This document shows positions 19,931-29,642 of a stretch of 64,000 nt of DNA, piece by piece. The first letter of the stretch is position 1, and each line of letters begins with the position of its first letter. Below the pieces are notes generated by a model, which had not been told where the DNA came from, did not search any database, and saw nothing but the letters and a program-made list of their open reading frames with translations. A program made the translations under genes and the position numbers. The DNA comes from Vulcanisaeta sp. AZ3 (GTDB lineage Archaea; Thermoproteota; Thermoprotei; Thermoproteales; Thermocladiaceae), in NCBI GenBank assembly GCA_000960865.2, contig JZWU02000003.1, positions 11,250 through 75,249 of the forward strand, in the 5' to 3' direction.

Positions 19931-20178
19931 TCCTCAGTGATCCTTAAAACACTGAATGCATATAATAATGGGTAGTATTGACTAATCAATCGTGCATAAG
20001 CCCTAGTATTAATGTTCAAAGTATTAGTTACTTGACATAGATTATCGTATCTTATTAATTGATATATAAGCTATATACTGGTTAAAATTAGTTCAACCAT
20101 TATGTTCTATTCAAAATCAGTTATTGATCAAAATTTCTTTACAATGCACATTTATTAAGATAATCAATACTATCCTCA

Positions 20179-21236
20179 TTGATGAAGGCAGTCACAGTAA
20201 TACCACTTGTAAGAGACTCATTAAAGCTTCGAGATATGCCAAAGCCAAAGCCGAGGAATGGACAAGTACTGTTACAGCCCATTGAGGTCGGTGTTTGTGG
20301 TACTGATAAAGACATAATTGAGGGCAAATACGGAGCACCACCACCAGGTGAAGAATATTTGATTCTTGGTCATGAGTCTGTGGCTGTTGTTGGTGAGTTG
20401 GGTGATGGTGTTGATGGTGTTTCGCCTGGGGATATTGTAGTACCAACAGTAAGAAGACCAACTACTTGTACATTACCAATGACGGAACTAGACTATTGCC
20501 CCAAGGGGACTTATGCTGAACACGGCATTTGGTACCTACATGGTTTTGCTGCTGAGTATGCCGTAACAGACGCCAAATACCTAGTCAAAGTACCCAAAGA
20601 AACACAAGACATAGCCGTACTAACAGAACCACTATCAATAGTCGAGAAAGGCGTTAAGTTGGCCTTGGAACTTGGTAAAGCGAGGTTTAGATCTTGGAAT
20701 CCCAAGAAAGTCCTGATAATGGGAGCTGGGCCTATAGGGATGCTATCGCTCATGGTAATGAGGCTTCGCGGATTTACGGATATAACAGTAACAGCCACGA
20801 GGCCCTACGACAGCTACAAGGCTAAGCTTGTTAAGGAAATTGGCGCTACATACGTTAATACTCTCGTAGATCAATTAGGCGGTGATTTCGATATAGTAAT
20901 TGAGGCTACGGGATCCACATCTGCTGCTTATGATGCATTGAGGCAATTGGGCGCCGATGGTGTTGCTGTGCTGCTTGGTATTTACCTTGATAATAAGGTT
21001 GTTAATGTGGCACCACTATTTGATGATTGGAGAAAAATAAATTAATCATTGGAGCAACGAATGCCAGTATAGACGCCTTTGAGGACGGCGTTAATGATCT
21101 AGTTAAGGCTAAGTTAGAGTTTGGTGGCTGGGTTAGGAAGTTAATAACGAGGGAGGTCCCACTTGATGAGTATGAATATGCCTATACCTGGGGGCATGAT
21201 GATATAAAGTCTGTAATCCAAATAAGGAGCCTTTAA
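20179..21236 (+). pseudogene. gdh: glucose 1-dehydrogenase (Zn-dependent MDR) split by a -1 frameshift near 21033-21038
   Basis: ORF 20179-21045 (GVCGTD, LGHES, VVPTVRRP, GAGPIG, IEATG) stops early. The missing C-terminus (NKLIIGATNAS...DDIKSVI) is in the -1 frame (21027-21236). One extra A in the A5 run restores a continuous protein. Confidence 0.85.
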
Positions 21237-21249
21237 ATTAACAAGTTGA

Positions 21250-22536
21250 TTAATGAGATCCTAATATTATGGATCTCACAGAGTCCTCAACTTGCCTAAG
21301 AGTCTCCTCAATTACAGTATCACTATGTGCCGCACTCGTGAATATTGCCTCAAATTGGCTCGGTGCAATAAACACGCCGCGTCTAAGCAATTCCTCATGG
21401 AGGCTTATGTAGAGACTTGCGTTTGATTTGCTTGCGGTTTCGTGATCCACAACCTCATTCTTTGTGAAAAAGACTTGAAGCATTGTTGGTACCCAGTTAA
21501 TTACATGGTCAATGCCATGCCTACTTAATACGTCATCTAAGCCCTTAGCCAATTTACGAGAGGCATTTATGGCTATTTCATACGCATTGGTTGTTTCTAA
21601 AACATCTATTGTTGCTAAACCAGCGATCATTGATATTGGGTGGCCGTTGAAGGTTCCGGCATTAAATACGGGACCCTTCGGTGATAATTTATCCATTATT
21701 TCGTCACGAGCACCCACAGCACCTATGGGGAAACCACCCCCTATTATCTTACCCAACGTAGTTATATCTGCCTTAACACCATAATACCTCTGAGCCCCAC
21801 CAAGCCCAAGCCTATAGCCTGTGACTACTTCATCAAGGATAAGTAATGCACCATACCTATCAGCCACTTCCCTAAGCCCCTTTAAGAAACCCTCCTTTGG
21901 CGGTATTACTCCGTAATTAGCCATGACTGGTTCAACAATTATTGCAGCAACATCATTACCCTCCTCCCTCATTATCCTCTCAACACTATCTAAATCATTA
22001 TACCTAGCCACTAAGGTTAACCTAGCCACCTCCTCAGGAATTCCCGCTGATGATGGAGCACCAAAGTGAGCAGCAGCACTACCCGCCTTAACAAGCACTT
22101 GATCCACAGCACCGTGGTAACAACCCTCAAACTTCACAATCTTCCTACGCCCTGTATACCCACGGGCAAGCCTTATTGCCGTAGCCACAGCCTCACCACC
22201 ACTATTCACAAACCTCACCTTCTTAATGCTTGGAAAGTGACTTACAATCTTCCTTGCAAGCCTCACCTCAAGCTCAGTGGGTGCTCCATATAGCCATCCC
22301 TTACTTACGTACTCCATTACTCCCCTAACCACAGCCTCAGGTGCATGGCCTAGTATTAGTGGCCCATAGCCTAGGACATAATCTATAAGCCTGACACCAT
22401 CAACAGTTATTAGGTAGGGCCCTGTGCCCTCCCTCACGAAGAACGGATATGGCCTAATAGCAGCTCTCACTGGACTATTAACACCACTAACTAAAACATC
22501 CTGAGCCTCCTCGAACAACCTCCGCGATTTCTCCAT
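21250..22536 (-). CDS. hemL: glutamate-1-semialdehyde 2,1-aminomutase
   Basis: GVNSPVRA, YGPLILGHA, FEGCYHG, DEVVTGYR, LGKIIGGGFP, GTFNGHP, PSQFEA. Start placed at MEKSRR; the ORF extends to 22596. Confidence 0.95.
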   Translation of the reverse strand: MEKSRRLFEEAQDVLVSGVNSPVRAAIRPYPFFVREGTGPYLITVDGVRLIDYVLGYGPLILGHAPEAVVRGVMEYVSKGWLYGAPTELEVRLARKIVSHFPSIKKVRFVNSGGEAVATAIRLARGYTGRRKIVKFEGCYHGAVDQVLVKAGSAAAHFGAPSSAGIPEEVARLTLVARYNDLDSVERIMREEGNDVAAIIVEPVMANYGVIPPKEGFLKGLREVADRYGALLILDEVVTGYRLGLGGAQRYYGVKADITTLGKIIGGGFPIGAVGARDEIMDKLSPKGPVFNAGTFNGHPISMIAGLATIDVLETTNAYEIAINASRKLAKGLDDVLSRHGIDHVINWVPTMLQVFFTKNEVVDHETASKSNASLYISLHEELLRRGVFIAPSQFEAIFTSAAHSDTVIEETLRQVEDSVRSIILGSH

Positions 22537-22616
22537 TAAGTTCCAATGCACGGCGTTATTCATTAAGTTTACCCACCATTCCACAGGGATGGTCATACAT
22601 TAAAGCACTAGATTTT

Positions 22617-23183
22617 ATGGTTAATACGATGGTTGAGAGGACGTTGGTAATAATAAAACCTGATGCCGTAAAGAGGGGGTTGATTGGGGAGATAATTAGT
22701 AGGTTTGAAAGAGTTGGACTTAGGATAGTAGCTATGAAAATGATCAGGCTGAGCAAGGAAGAAGCAGCTAAGTTTTACCCAAACGATGAGAGTTGGTTAA
22801 GATCCGTCGGCAGTAAATCCCTAAAATCCTACGCAGAGTTAGGTAAGGATCCTAAGGTTGATTTAGGCACTGATGACCCCGTAGAAATAGGCAAGATAAT
22901 TAGGGGCTGGCTTGCTGATTACCTATCAATGGGGCCTGTAGTGGCCATGGTACTTGAGGGTAATAGGGCTGTGGAGGTTGTTAGGAAAATTGTTGGCGCA
23001 ACAACACCCTACTCAGCAAACCCAGGCACAATCAGAGGCGACTTCTCAACTGACAGCCCGGAACTAGCAAACCTAGAGAAAAGAGCATTATTCAACCTCG
23101 TCCATGCAAGCGATAGCCCCAAGGAAGCAGAAAGAGAAATTAGATTCTTCTTCCGTGAAGACGAGTTCGTTAACTACACCTAG
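22617..23183 (+). CDS. ndk: nucleoside diphosphate kinase
   Basis: ERTLVIIKPDAV, PGTIRGDF, NLVHASDS. Confidence 0.97.
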   Translation: MVNTMVERTLVIIKPDAVKRGLIGEIISRFERVGLRIVAMKMIRLSKEEAAKFYPNDESWLRSVGSKSLKSYAELGKDPKVDLGTDDPVEIGKIIRGWLADYLSMGPVVAMVLEGNRAVEVVRKIVGATTPYSANPGTIRGDFSTDSPELANLEKRALFNLVHASDSPKEAEREIRFFFREDEFVNYT

Positions 23184-23224
23184 AAGAGCGCCTTGAGTTA
23201 AAAAATTAAGCGCTAAAAAGACAT

Positions 23225-24403
23225 TCATACTTTTGTTAGGTAGTCCCTTAATCTCCTCGCTGCCTCCTCATCATCACTTTCAATGAGTCTACGTATGTTC
23301 TCTAAGTAATTATGCATCATCTTCTTAACTAATGACCTACTCATGACCTCCACGACCTCCTCAGGCTTTTGCCCATTCCTGAGGGCGTTGATAGCCTCAT
23401 TAGCCTCCTCTCTCCTAATCTCCTCAACAAATTTCATGACATCCCTTACAATTTCATCCGCATCACTACGTATTATTAACTTCATTATTCTCTCTGCCTC
23501 ACTATCGATTTCACCAAGATTATCTAGTATGCGGCTCTTCCCATTAACGTACTTAAGGTAAGGCTCCCTCAAGTCCTCTAGTCTAAAAACCTTAGTAATC
23601 GTTGGGGGGACCTTTATAGCGCTTGGTGTTGATACATCAATAATTAGGTTAGGAACCCTATACCGCCCATCACTAAACTCCAATATTGGCGCACTCACTG
23701 ATATTGCAGCTACCAACACATCATACTCACTAACCATAACTTCCTGCCTCAAGGAATCAAGACTCAGCATCCTCACGGAACCTCCAAACTCATACCTCAA
23801 CTTATCGAGGGTTCTATTAGCCACTGTAATATCACCATAACCACTCCTTAGCAACTCCCTAACCACACCCCTAGCAACCTCCCCGCCACCAATTACTAAA
23901 ATCCTATCACCTCTATTGGTATTTCTCATTACGAAATCTGAGAGAAACTTTATGAATGATATTTCCGTTAAATTATGCCTATGCCTAAAGCTCTCACCAA
24001 ACCTAATGGCTGATTCAAAGAGTATTTTTAGCCTATTCGAGGGCCTTCCCATGGAGTAGGCCCTCTTGACTTGAGACAATACTTCCCTCTCACCAAGAAA
24101 CATCGAATCAAGACCAGCGGTGACCAATAATAGGTGCCTTACGGCATCCAAATCCCTAAGCACCTTAGGCTCAACACCCGCCTTATCCTTAATGATACCT
24201 ATTAACCTAGCCTCATCCTCATCACCATCTAAGTAAAACTCAATCCTATTGCAAGTCTCCAAGGCTACCATTGATTCATAAATTCCGTACAAATCCTCCA
24301 ATTCATTGTTTGTGAAGTATGCCTTAGTCAATGTATCTAAATCGAAATCTCGATATGTCATCACCAATGCCTTAATCCTAGTCATTCTATAATCATTAGT
24401 CAC
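23225..24403 (-). CDS. hemA: glutamyl-tRNA reductase
   Basis: ETCNRIEFY, GLDSMFLGEREVLSQVK, IGGGEVA, VANRT. Confidence 0.92.
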   Translation of the reverse strand: MTNDYRMTRIKALVMTYRDFDLDTLTKAYFTNNELEDLYGIYESMVALETCNRIEFYLDGDEDEARLIGIIKDKAGVEPKVLRDLDAVRHLLLVTAGLDSMFLGEREVLSQVKRAYSMGRPSNRLKILFESAIRFGESFRHRHNLTEISFIKFLSDFVMRNTNRGDRILVIGGGEVARGVVRELLRSGYGDITVANRTLDKLRYEFGGSVRMLSLDSLRQEVMVSEYDVLVAAISVSAPILEFSDGRYRVPNLIIDVSTPSAIKVPPTITKVFRLEDLREPYLKYVNGKSRILDNLGEIDSEAERIMKLIIRSDADEIVRDVMKFVEEIRREEANEAINALRNGQKPEEVVEVMSRSLVKKMMHNYLENIRRLIESDDEEAARRLRDYLTKV

Positions 24404-24489
24404 GATTTGTAATTTAATTTAAGCATTGTTACCGGTGTTTACGTAAAATAATACATAAACTTAATATGTAAGCTCTGCTCTCAATACCC

Positions 24490-25728
24490 GTGAACCTGAA
24501 AAATAATGTAGAGTCTGTACTTAGGCATATTGATGGTTTAAGAGATTTCGTAGTAAAATTATATAGAGATTTCATACCAATCAAAGCCTTAGCACCCGAG
24601 AATGGGGGTGATGGAGAATGGAATAGAGCTGAGTACTTCCTGAGCCTCGTTAGGCAGTACTTCGATGATGTTAGAATTATTGAGGCACCAGACCCACGGG
24701 TCACCAGAGGTTCTAGACCCAATATTGTTGCCTTAATCAAAGGCATAGATCCAACGAGGACCTACTGGGTCATTGCCCACCTAGACACAGTGCCTGAGGG
24801 AGATAAATCTCTTTGGAAGTATGATCCATACCAAGCAACGGTACTTGGAGATGAGGTGTATGGTAGGGGTGTTGAGGATGATGGTCAAGGTCTGGTCATG
24901 GCCGTTAGTGTGGGTAAAGTACTTAGAGAATTAAGTGTGAAACCTCCCATTAATTATGGCATAATACTTGCGGCTGATGAGGAGGTTGGTAGTAAGTATG
25001 GTATTAGGTATATACTTGATAAAGAACCCTCATTAATCACAAGTAAGGACTTAGTCCTCGTCCCAGACGCTGGGAACTCTGAGGGTACCATGATTGAGAT
25101 TGCTGAAAAAGGAATCCTCTGGATTAGGGTTACACTTTATGGTAGGCAGGCTCACGCGAGCTTGCCTGAGCATGGATTAAATGCCTATAGGCTTGGTGCC
25201 GAGCTAACCTTGGAAATAGATAGGAGGCTTCATGAGTTATTTAATTATGAAGATACTATGTTCGTACCACCCAGATCCACCTTCGAACCAACAAGGGTAG
25301 AAGCTAATGTAGGTAATATAAACACAATACCTGGCAAGCACACTTTCTACATTGACTGCAGAATACTCCCTAAGTATAGCATTGACGATATACTAAAGGC
25401 AATTAAGGACACAGCAAATAACTATTGCGAGGCCCACGGATGTAAGGTTGAGATTGACGTAGTTAGTAGGGAAGACCCAGCACCACCAACAAACCCCGAT
25501 AGTGAAATTGTTAAAAAACTATCCGATGCCATAAGACTTGTCAAGGGCCTTGAAGCAAAACCACTAGGTATTGGAGGCGGAACCTACGCACGTTACTTAA
25601 GACTCAGGAACATACCCGCTGCTGTCTGGATGACATCTCATGAAACCGCACATGCACCTGATGAGCATGTAAACATTAAGGACGTACTTAACGACATTAA
25701 AGTAGTACTCGCATCACTATTACTGTAA
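24490..25728 (+). CDS. M20-family metallohydrolase (ArgE/DapE-like)
   Basis: AHLDTVP, YGRGVEDD, ADEEVGS, GRQAHAS, GGGTYA, AHAPDEH. Confidence 0.9.
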   Translation: MNLKNNVESVLRHIDGLRDFVVKLYRDFIPIKALAPENGGDGEWNRAEYFLSLVRQYFDDVRIIEAPDPRVTRGSRPNIVALIKGIDPTRTYWVIAHLDTVPEGDKSLWKYDPYQATVLGDEVYGRGVEDDGQGLVMAVSVGKVLRELSVKPPINYGIILAADEEVGSKYGIRYILDKEPSLITSKDLVLVPDAGNSEGTMIEIAEKGILWIRVTLYGRQAHASLPEHGLNAYRLGAELTLEIDRRLHELFNYEDTMFVPPRSTFEPTRVEANVGNINTIPGKHTFYIDCRILPKYSIDDILKAIKDTANNYCEAHGCKVEIDVVSREDPAPPTNPDSEIVKKLSDAIRLVKGLEAKPLGIGGGTYARYLRLRNIPAAVWMTSHETAHAPDEHVNIKDVLNDIKVVLASLLL

Positions 25729-25790
25729 TTAATCGTACTGCCAACGGGCAGATTAATTTTTGATTAAGTATTACTTATTCAATAACCTAA

Positions 25791-26759
25791 ATGAAGGTCT
25801 TAATTACACTTGAGCCCTACGCCAGGAAGGCCAACCCCTACAACATACTCTCGAAACTAAACTGCGGTAATGTGGTTGAGTGGGGTCGTAATAAGGCAAT
25901 AATCGACCTAGCAAATTGCCCAGACAATGCCCTAGAGAGACTTAGGGATATTGATTACGTATCCCACATATCAATCATAGACAAAGTAATCAATAGAGAC
26001 CTCAACACATTATTTAACGTAACCAAGGAATTGCTGACAAGCATCATTAATAACGGCACCCTTAAAGTAATCGTTAGGAGAATGGATAAGAAATTCCCAA
26101 TGACAAGCGTAGAATTAAGCAAGAGGCTCGGGCAATACCTCGCTCAATATGCAAAGACTGACTTAGAGGATCCTGATTACTACATATACATTGAGGTTAG
26201 GGATAACTCATTCATAATAGCCCACTCGACAAGAGATTTATACAGGAAGAGAAGAGTCTCAATACCTAATACATGGGCCGAGAGAATAGTAGGTATCGTT
26301 GAGGGGCCCTCGACGGTTTACGAGACCATGGACCTAATACAATTAAGCCATGCATTAGGTATTGAGCTGAGGTTAATAACAAATACAGCATTGATTGAGA
26401 GAGCATATAAGTCATTAAGGTTGGGCTATTTGCCTAACGTTAAGGTGGTAAGTAAAGATGATGCCTTAGAGGGTGTTGATTTATTAATAGTCCTCTCAAT
26501 GCATGCAAAGTATAATGAAGAAAAACTAATTGAGATAAGTAAGGAGACCTTTAGAAAAAACCTAAGGATTGGCTTAATACTTGGTAATGAGTATGACGAC
26601 GTAAGCCTAGACCTAAGGGGCAAAGCTCATTACGAAATCCGCCTTGGACCCTCCACTGGACATCCCATGAGGACAACTATAGCCTTAACCTATGCCTTAA
26701 GCTTAATATTCACAACCTGGCTAATGATGATAAATGAAACTTCCAGAGGTGGAGATTAA
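25791..26759 (+). CDS. THUMP plus SPOUT-like RNA methyltransferase
   Basis: THUMP segment (VRRMDKKFPMTSVELSKRLG...DLEDPDYYIYIEV) followed by SPOUT knot-like ILGNEYDDVS...EIRLGP..MRTTIAL. Confidence 0.72.
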   Translation: MKVLITLEPYARKANPYNILSKLNCGNVVEWGRNKAIIDLANCPDNALERLRDIDYVSHISIIDKVINRDLNTLFNVTKELLTSIINNGTLKVIVRRMDKKFPMTSVELSKRLGQYLAQYAKTDLEDPDYYIYIEVRDNSFIIAHSTRDLYRKRRVSIPNTWAERIVGIVEGPSTVYETMDLIQLSHALGIELRLITNTALIERAYKSLRLGYLPNVKVVSKDDALEGVDLLIVLSMHAKYNEEKLIEISKETFRKNLRIGLILGNEYDDVSLDLRGKAHYEIRLGPSTGHPMRTTIALTYALSLIFTTWLMMINETSRGGD

Positions 26760-27267
26760 CCACGTGAGGTTTAGAGTTTTACCGAATAGGTATGCCATAT
26801 TATTCATGATTTGGTACTCCAGCGGCTCCTCAATGCAGATTCACCGTTTACCTTTAATGACGTATATATCCTCTCACATAATTAGGTATGAATATGAATT
26901 ATCACCAATAATCAGCGAGGCATTAATTAATGATGTATCTAAACTAATTAATGAGGGCTTCTTGGAGTTTTTAAGTGCTAATAATAGATTCATTGTTAAA
27001 GTTACTGAGGAGGGTAGACGAATTATTGGTGAAATGTACAGCATGAGTAATGAGTACGTGGTCTTCGGCGACTACCTAATAATTAGGCTTAAAGACCTAC
27101 TAAACGAGCTAATGCGGATAGTAAATGCATACCAAGACTTAAACACCCCCACATTACTCTCAATAGCACTTAGGGAATTATCAATTAAAGAGAGAGACCT
27201 CATAAGTAAGGTACTTATGGACTTATCATTCAACTTAAGAAATCCATGCGAGAATAGGCTTGGTTAG
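26734..27267 (+). CDS. hypothetical protein, winged-helix-like
   Basis: SEALINDVSKLINEGFL...VKVTEEGR wing pattern; overlaps the upstream gene by 26 bp. Confidence 0.7.
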   Translation: MKLPEVEINHVRFRVLPNRYAILFMIWYSSGSSMQIHRLPLMTYISSHIIRYEYELSPIISEALINDVSKLINEGFLEFLSANNRFIVKVTEEGRRIIGEMYSMSNEYVVFGDYLIIRLKDLLNELMRIVNAYQDLNTPTLLSIALRELSIKERDLISKVLMDLSFNLRNPCENRLG

Positions 27268-27343
27268 CGATTAAATCCCTAGGACTTAAGGTTAGGGGCC
27301 TTTAGCTAGCATAATCTTTTTAATACCTAAGGTATATCAGGTC

Positions 27344-27922
27344 TTGATGGCGAAGGGACTTTATCACTATTTAGCCGAAGCCTGGAGCAGCGCTAAGGAT
27401 AACTGGATTTGGGATACTGTTATGAAGCAGCGGTTAATTAAATGGCGTAGAGAGCCCTCTATCGTTAGGGTTGAGAAGCCTACGAGGATTAATAAGGCAA
27501 GGCAATACGGCTATAAGGCTAAACAAGGCATAATAATTGTTAGAGTCAGGCTCATGAGAGGTCCCTTCAATAGAAGGAGACCAAATAGCGGTAGGAGACC
27601 CAAGAGAATGGGTGTTTACGGAATAACAACACATAAAAGCCTTCAATTAATCGCAGAGGAAAGGGCTGCCAGGAAATACCCAAACATGGAGGTACTCGGC
27701 TCATACTGGGTCAGTGAGGATGGAACATACGTATGGTACGAAGTAATACTTGTCGACCCAAGCCACCCAGCCATAAGGAATGACCCAGACTTCACATGGT
27801 TAGTAGGTAAGGAGGATAAGGAGGGCCGTAAGAGACGTAGACTAAGGGAAAGGCAGAAGAAATTGATAGAGAGACTGAGGAAATCAGTCCAGCAGCAATC
27901 TGAACCTAAAACTCAACAGTAA
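27344..27922 (+). CDS. rpl15e: 50S ribosomal protein L15e
   Basis: [53 protein letters not shown]. Confidence 0.97.
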   Translation: MMAKGLYHYLAEAWSSAKDNWIWDTVMKQRLIKWRREPSIVRVEKPTRINKARQYGYKAKQGIIIVRVRLMRGPFNRRRPNSGRRPKRMGVYGITTHKSLQLIAEERAARKYPNMEVLGSYWVSEDGTYVWYEVILVDPSHPAIRNDPDFTWLVGKEDKEGRKRRRLRERQKKLIERLRKSVQQQSEPKTQQ

Positions 27923-27969
27923 ATAACCACTAACCCATATTTATTAGAGCAGCATGAGATGTTACCTAA

Positions 27970-28566
27970 ATGTTTATAGAATTTCACCTAGGCTCCACGG
28001 ATAAGGCCTTGATCAGGTTATTGAAAAGACTTGGTTATGGATTAGCCCTGCTTACTATAGATGGCGGTAATGACATTGAGGAGATCCCCATCTTTAGGAA
28101 GTTAGTGATAACGCAAGGTAATACATGGAAGATTAAGATGCATGAAGGCTTTGATGTGATCTCCATAATTCCTTGGAATAGGTTTGTATTAAATAAATTC
28201 ATAAGTAACGATAGGATTAACGTAATAACAATAAATGACATTAATAAGAACATATTGCCATCAAAACCCCAGGCCAAGATAATGGCCAGGGAGGGCAAGG
28301 CCCTAGAATTCATCCTCAATCCAATAATTAAACATGGTGAACGCGGACTCGCATTCCTAAGGGATGCAATTAATGAATACTCAACCATTGAGGGACTTAA
28401 GATAGTGATTTCCCAGGGAATAACGAGTGTAACTGACGTAAGAAACCCTAGGGACATTGTTGAGCTAGTAAGTATGTTGACGGGAGTAGACGCGAGACCC
28501 CTCGTCAGCGACAACCCCTATGAAGTACTTACCGATGCCATTTACCAAAGAGGTGTGTGTTTATGA
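27970..28566 (+). CDS. rnp3: RNase P subunit Rpp30
   Basis: Conserved position after rpl15e; KALEFIL, IVISQG...RNPRDI, SDNPY pattern. Confidence 0.8.
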   Translation: MFIEFHLGSTDKALIRLLKRLGYGLALLTIDGGNDIEEIPIFRKLVITQGNTWKIKMHEGFDVISIIPWNRFVLNKFISNDRINVITINDINKNILPSKPQAKIMAREGKALEFILNPIIKHGERGLAFLRDAINEYSTIEGLKIVISQGITSVTDVRNPRDIVELVSMLTGVDARPLVSDNPYEVLTDAIYQRGVCL

Positions 28567-28880
28567 GGTACGTAATAATCGACATTTACCCCAGAAATGG
28601 TATTGATAGTATTACTTCAGAATTAAATAATTGGTTCAGATTATTTGCTGGAAGAGAAGCAATTGGTGCTGAGTTGAGGATTATTAAGGAATATAGAGAT
28701 ACTGGTCGTTTAGTCATTAAAGTTCCTAATAACCTCACTAAATACTTAAGGTCAGCAATCGTAATGGTTGGTAGGGATTCTGGAATATCCGTAATTACCG
28801 TTAAGGTCACTGGAACGATGAGGAAAGCCCTAGCCATATCATCCTCAGTACCCTACCTATTCAATGAGTTTAGTGTTTAG
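28557..28880 (+). CDS. rnp2: RNase P subunit Pop5
   Basis: MRYVII start, TVKVTGTMRKA motif; follows rnp3. Confidence 0.8.
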   Translation: MFMRYVIIDIYPRNGIDSITSELNNWFRLFAGREAIGAELRIIKEYRDTGRLVIKVPNNLTKYLRSAIVMVGRDSGISVITVKVTGTMRKALAISSSVPYLFNEFSV

Positions 28881-28930
28881 TCAGTTCGTCGTGAGATCTT
28901 CACCCCCTCCGTTTTGATACCCATCATCAC
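28881..28930 (-). ncRNA. box C/D methylation guide sRNA, predicted 23S peptidyl-transferase-region targets
   Basis: Minus strand: C GTGATGA, guide TGGGTATCAAAA, D' CGGA, C' GTGAAGA, guide TCTCACGACGAA, D CTGA; TATA-like TTTTTAA about 22 bp upstream. The D guide is complementary to the conserved 23S CGUCGUGAGA. Confidence 0.85.
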
Positions 28931-28976
28931 CGCTTGTATTAAGTTATGGGTCTTAAAAATAATTTTCACTGCCAAA

Positions 28977-29471
28977 CTATGGTAATTGTCTTGCTTGGCC
29001 TATCGTGTAGTACCCCCTGTTGTAGTATATCAATGGTGACTTATTATTCATTACTTGGCCGTCGATAACCTCGCCAACAAAAATTGTATGGTCACCAATT
29101 GGATACTTCGCAACAACCCTACAGTCAAGGTATGCTATTGAACCCTCGATTATTGGTGACCCAGTCTTTGCCGTCCTAGTCTTTAACCCCTTAAACCTCT
29201 CCTCCCTAGGGGCTGTCGCGAATCTTATGGCTAACTCCTTCATGTCATCAGACAATATATTAACTGCATATACATTGGACTTATCAATAGCCTCATGACT
29301 AGTAAGCCTCTTATCTATTGCTATCAATACGAGAGGTGGATCCAGAGATAATGAAGTAAAGGAATTAACAGTCAATCCGTAATACTCATTATTATAGACA
29401 GTGGTAACTATGGTAACACCCGTTGGATAATTCCTCATAATCATCTTCAGGGCATCACCCGTTATTGACAT
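28977..29471 (-). CDS. flavin reductase-like protein
   Basis: YPTGVTIVTT, GLTVNSFTSLSLDPPLV, GDHTIFVGEV, PLIY. Confidence 0.93.
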   Translation of the reverse strand: MSITGDALKMIMRNYPTGVTIVTTVYNNEYYGLTVNSFTSLSLDPPLVLIAIDKRLTSHEAIDKSNVYAVNILSDDMKELAIRFATAPREERFKGLKTRTAKTGSPIIEGSIAYLDCRVVAKYPIGDHTIFVGEVIDGQVMNNKSPLIYYNRGYYTIGQARQLP

Positions 29472-29642
29472 ACCTTCAACCCGAGAGAAAATTGATGCAC
29501 TTTTATATCCTTTATTCCTTTAATATATTAAATTAGGAGCAAGTATTATAGTTAAAGTCTTTTGTCCTTTAGTTGATTCATTACACATAATAATAAACAC
29601 AATGAAGTAAGACAACTGACGAGGAACCAGAGGGACTTCGCT

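Noticed and set aside
19931-20178. 248-bp AT-rich intergenic region before gdh
   Set aside because: Only short chance-level palindromes; no defensible motif.
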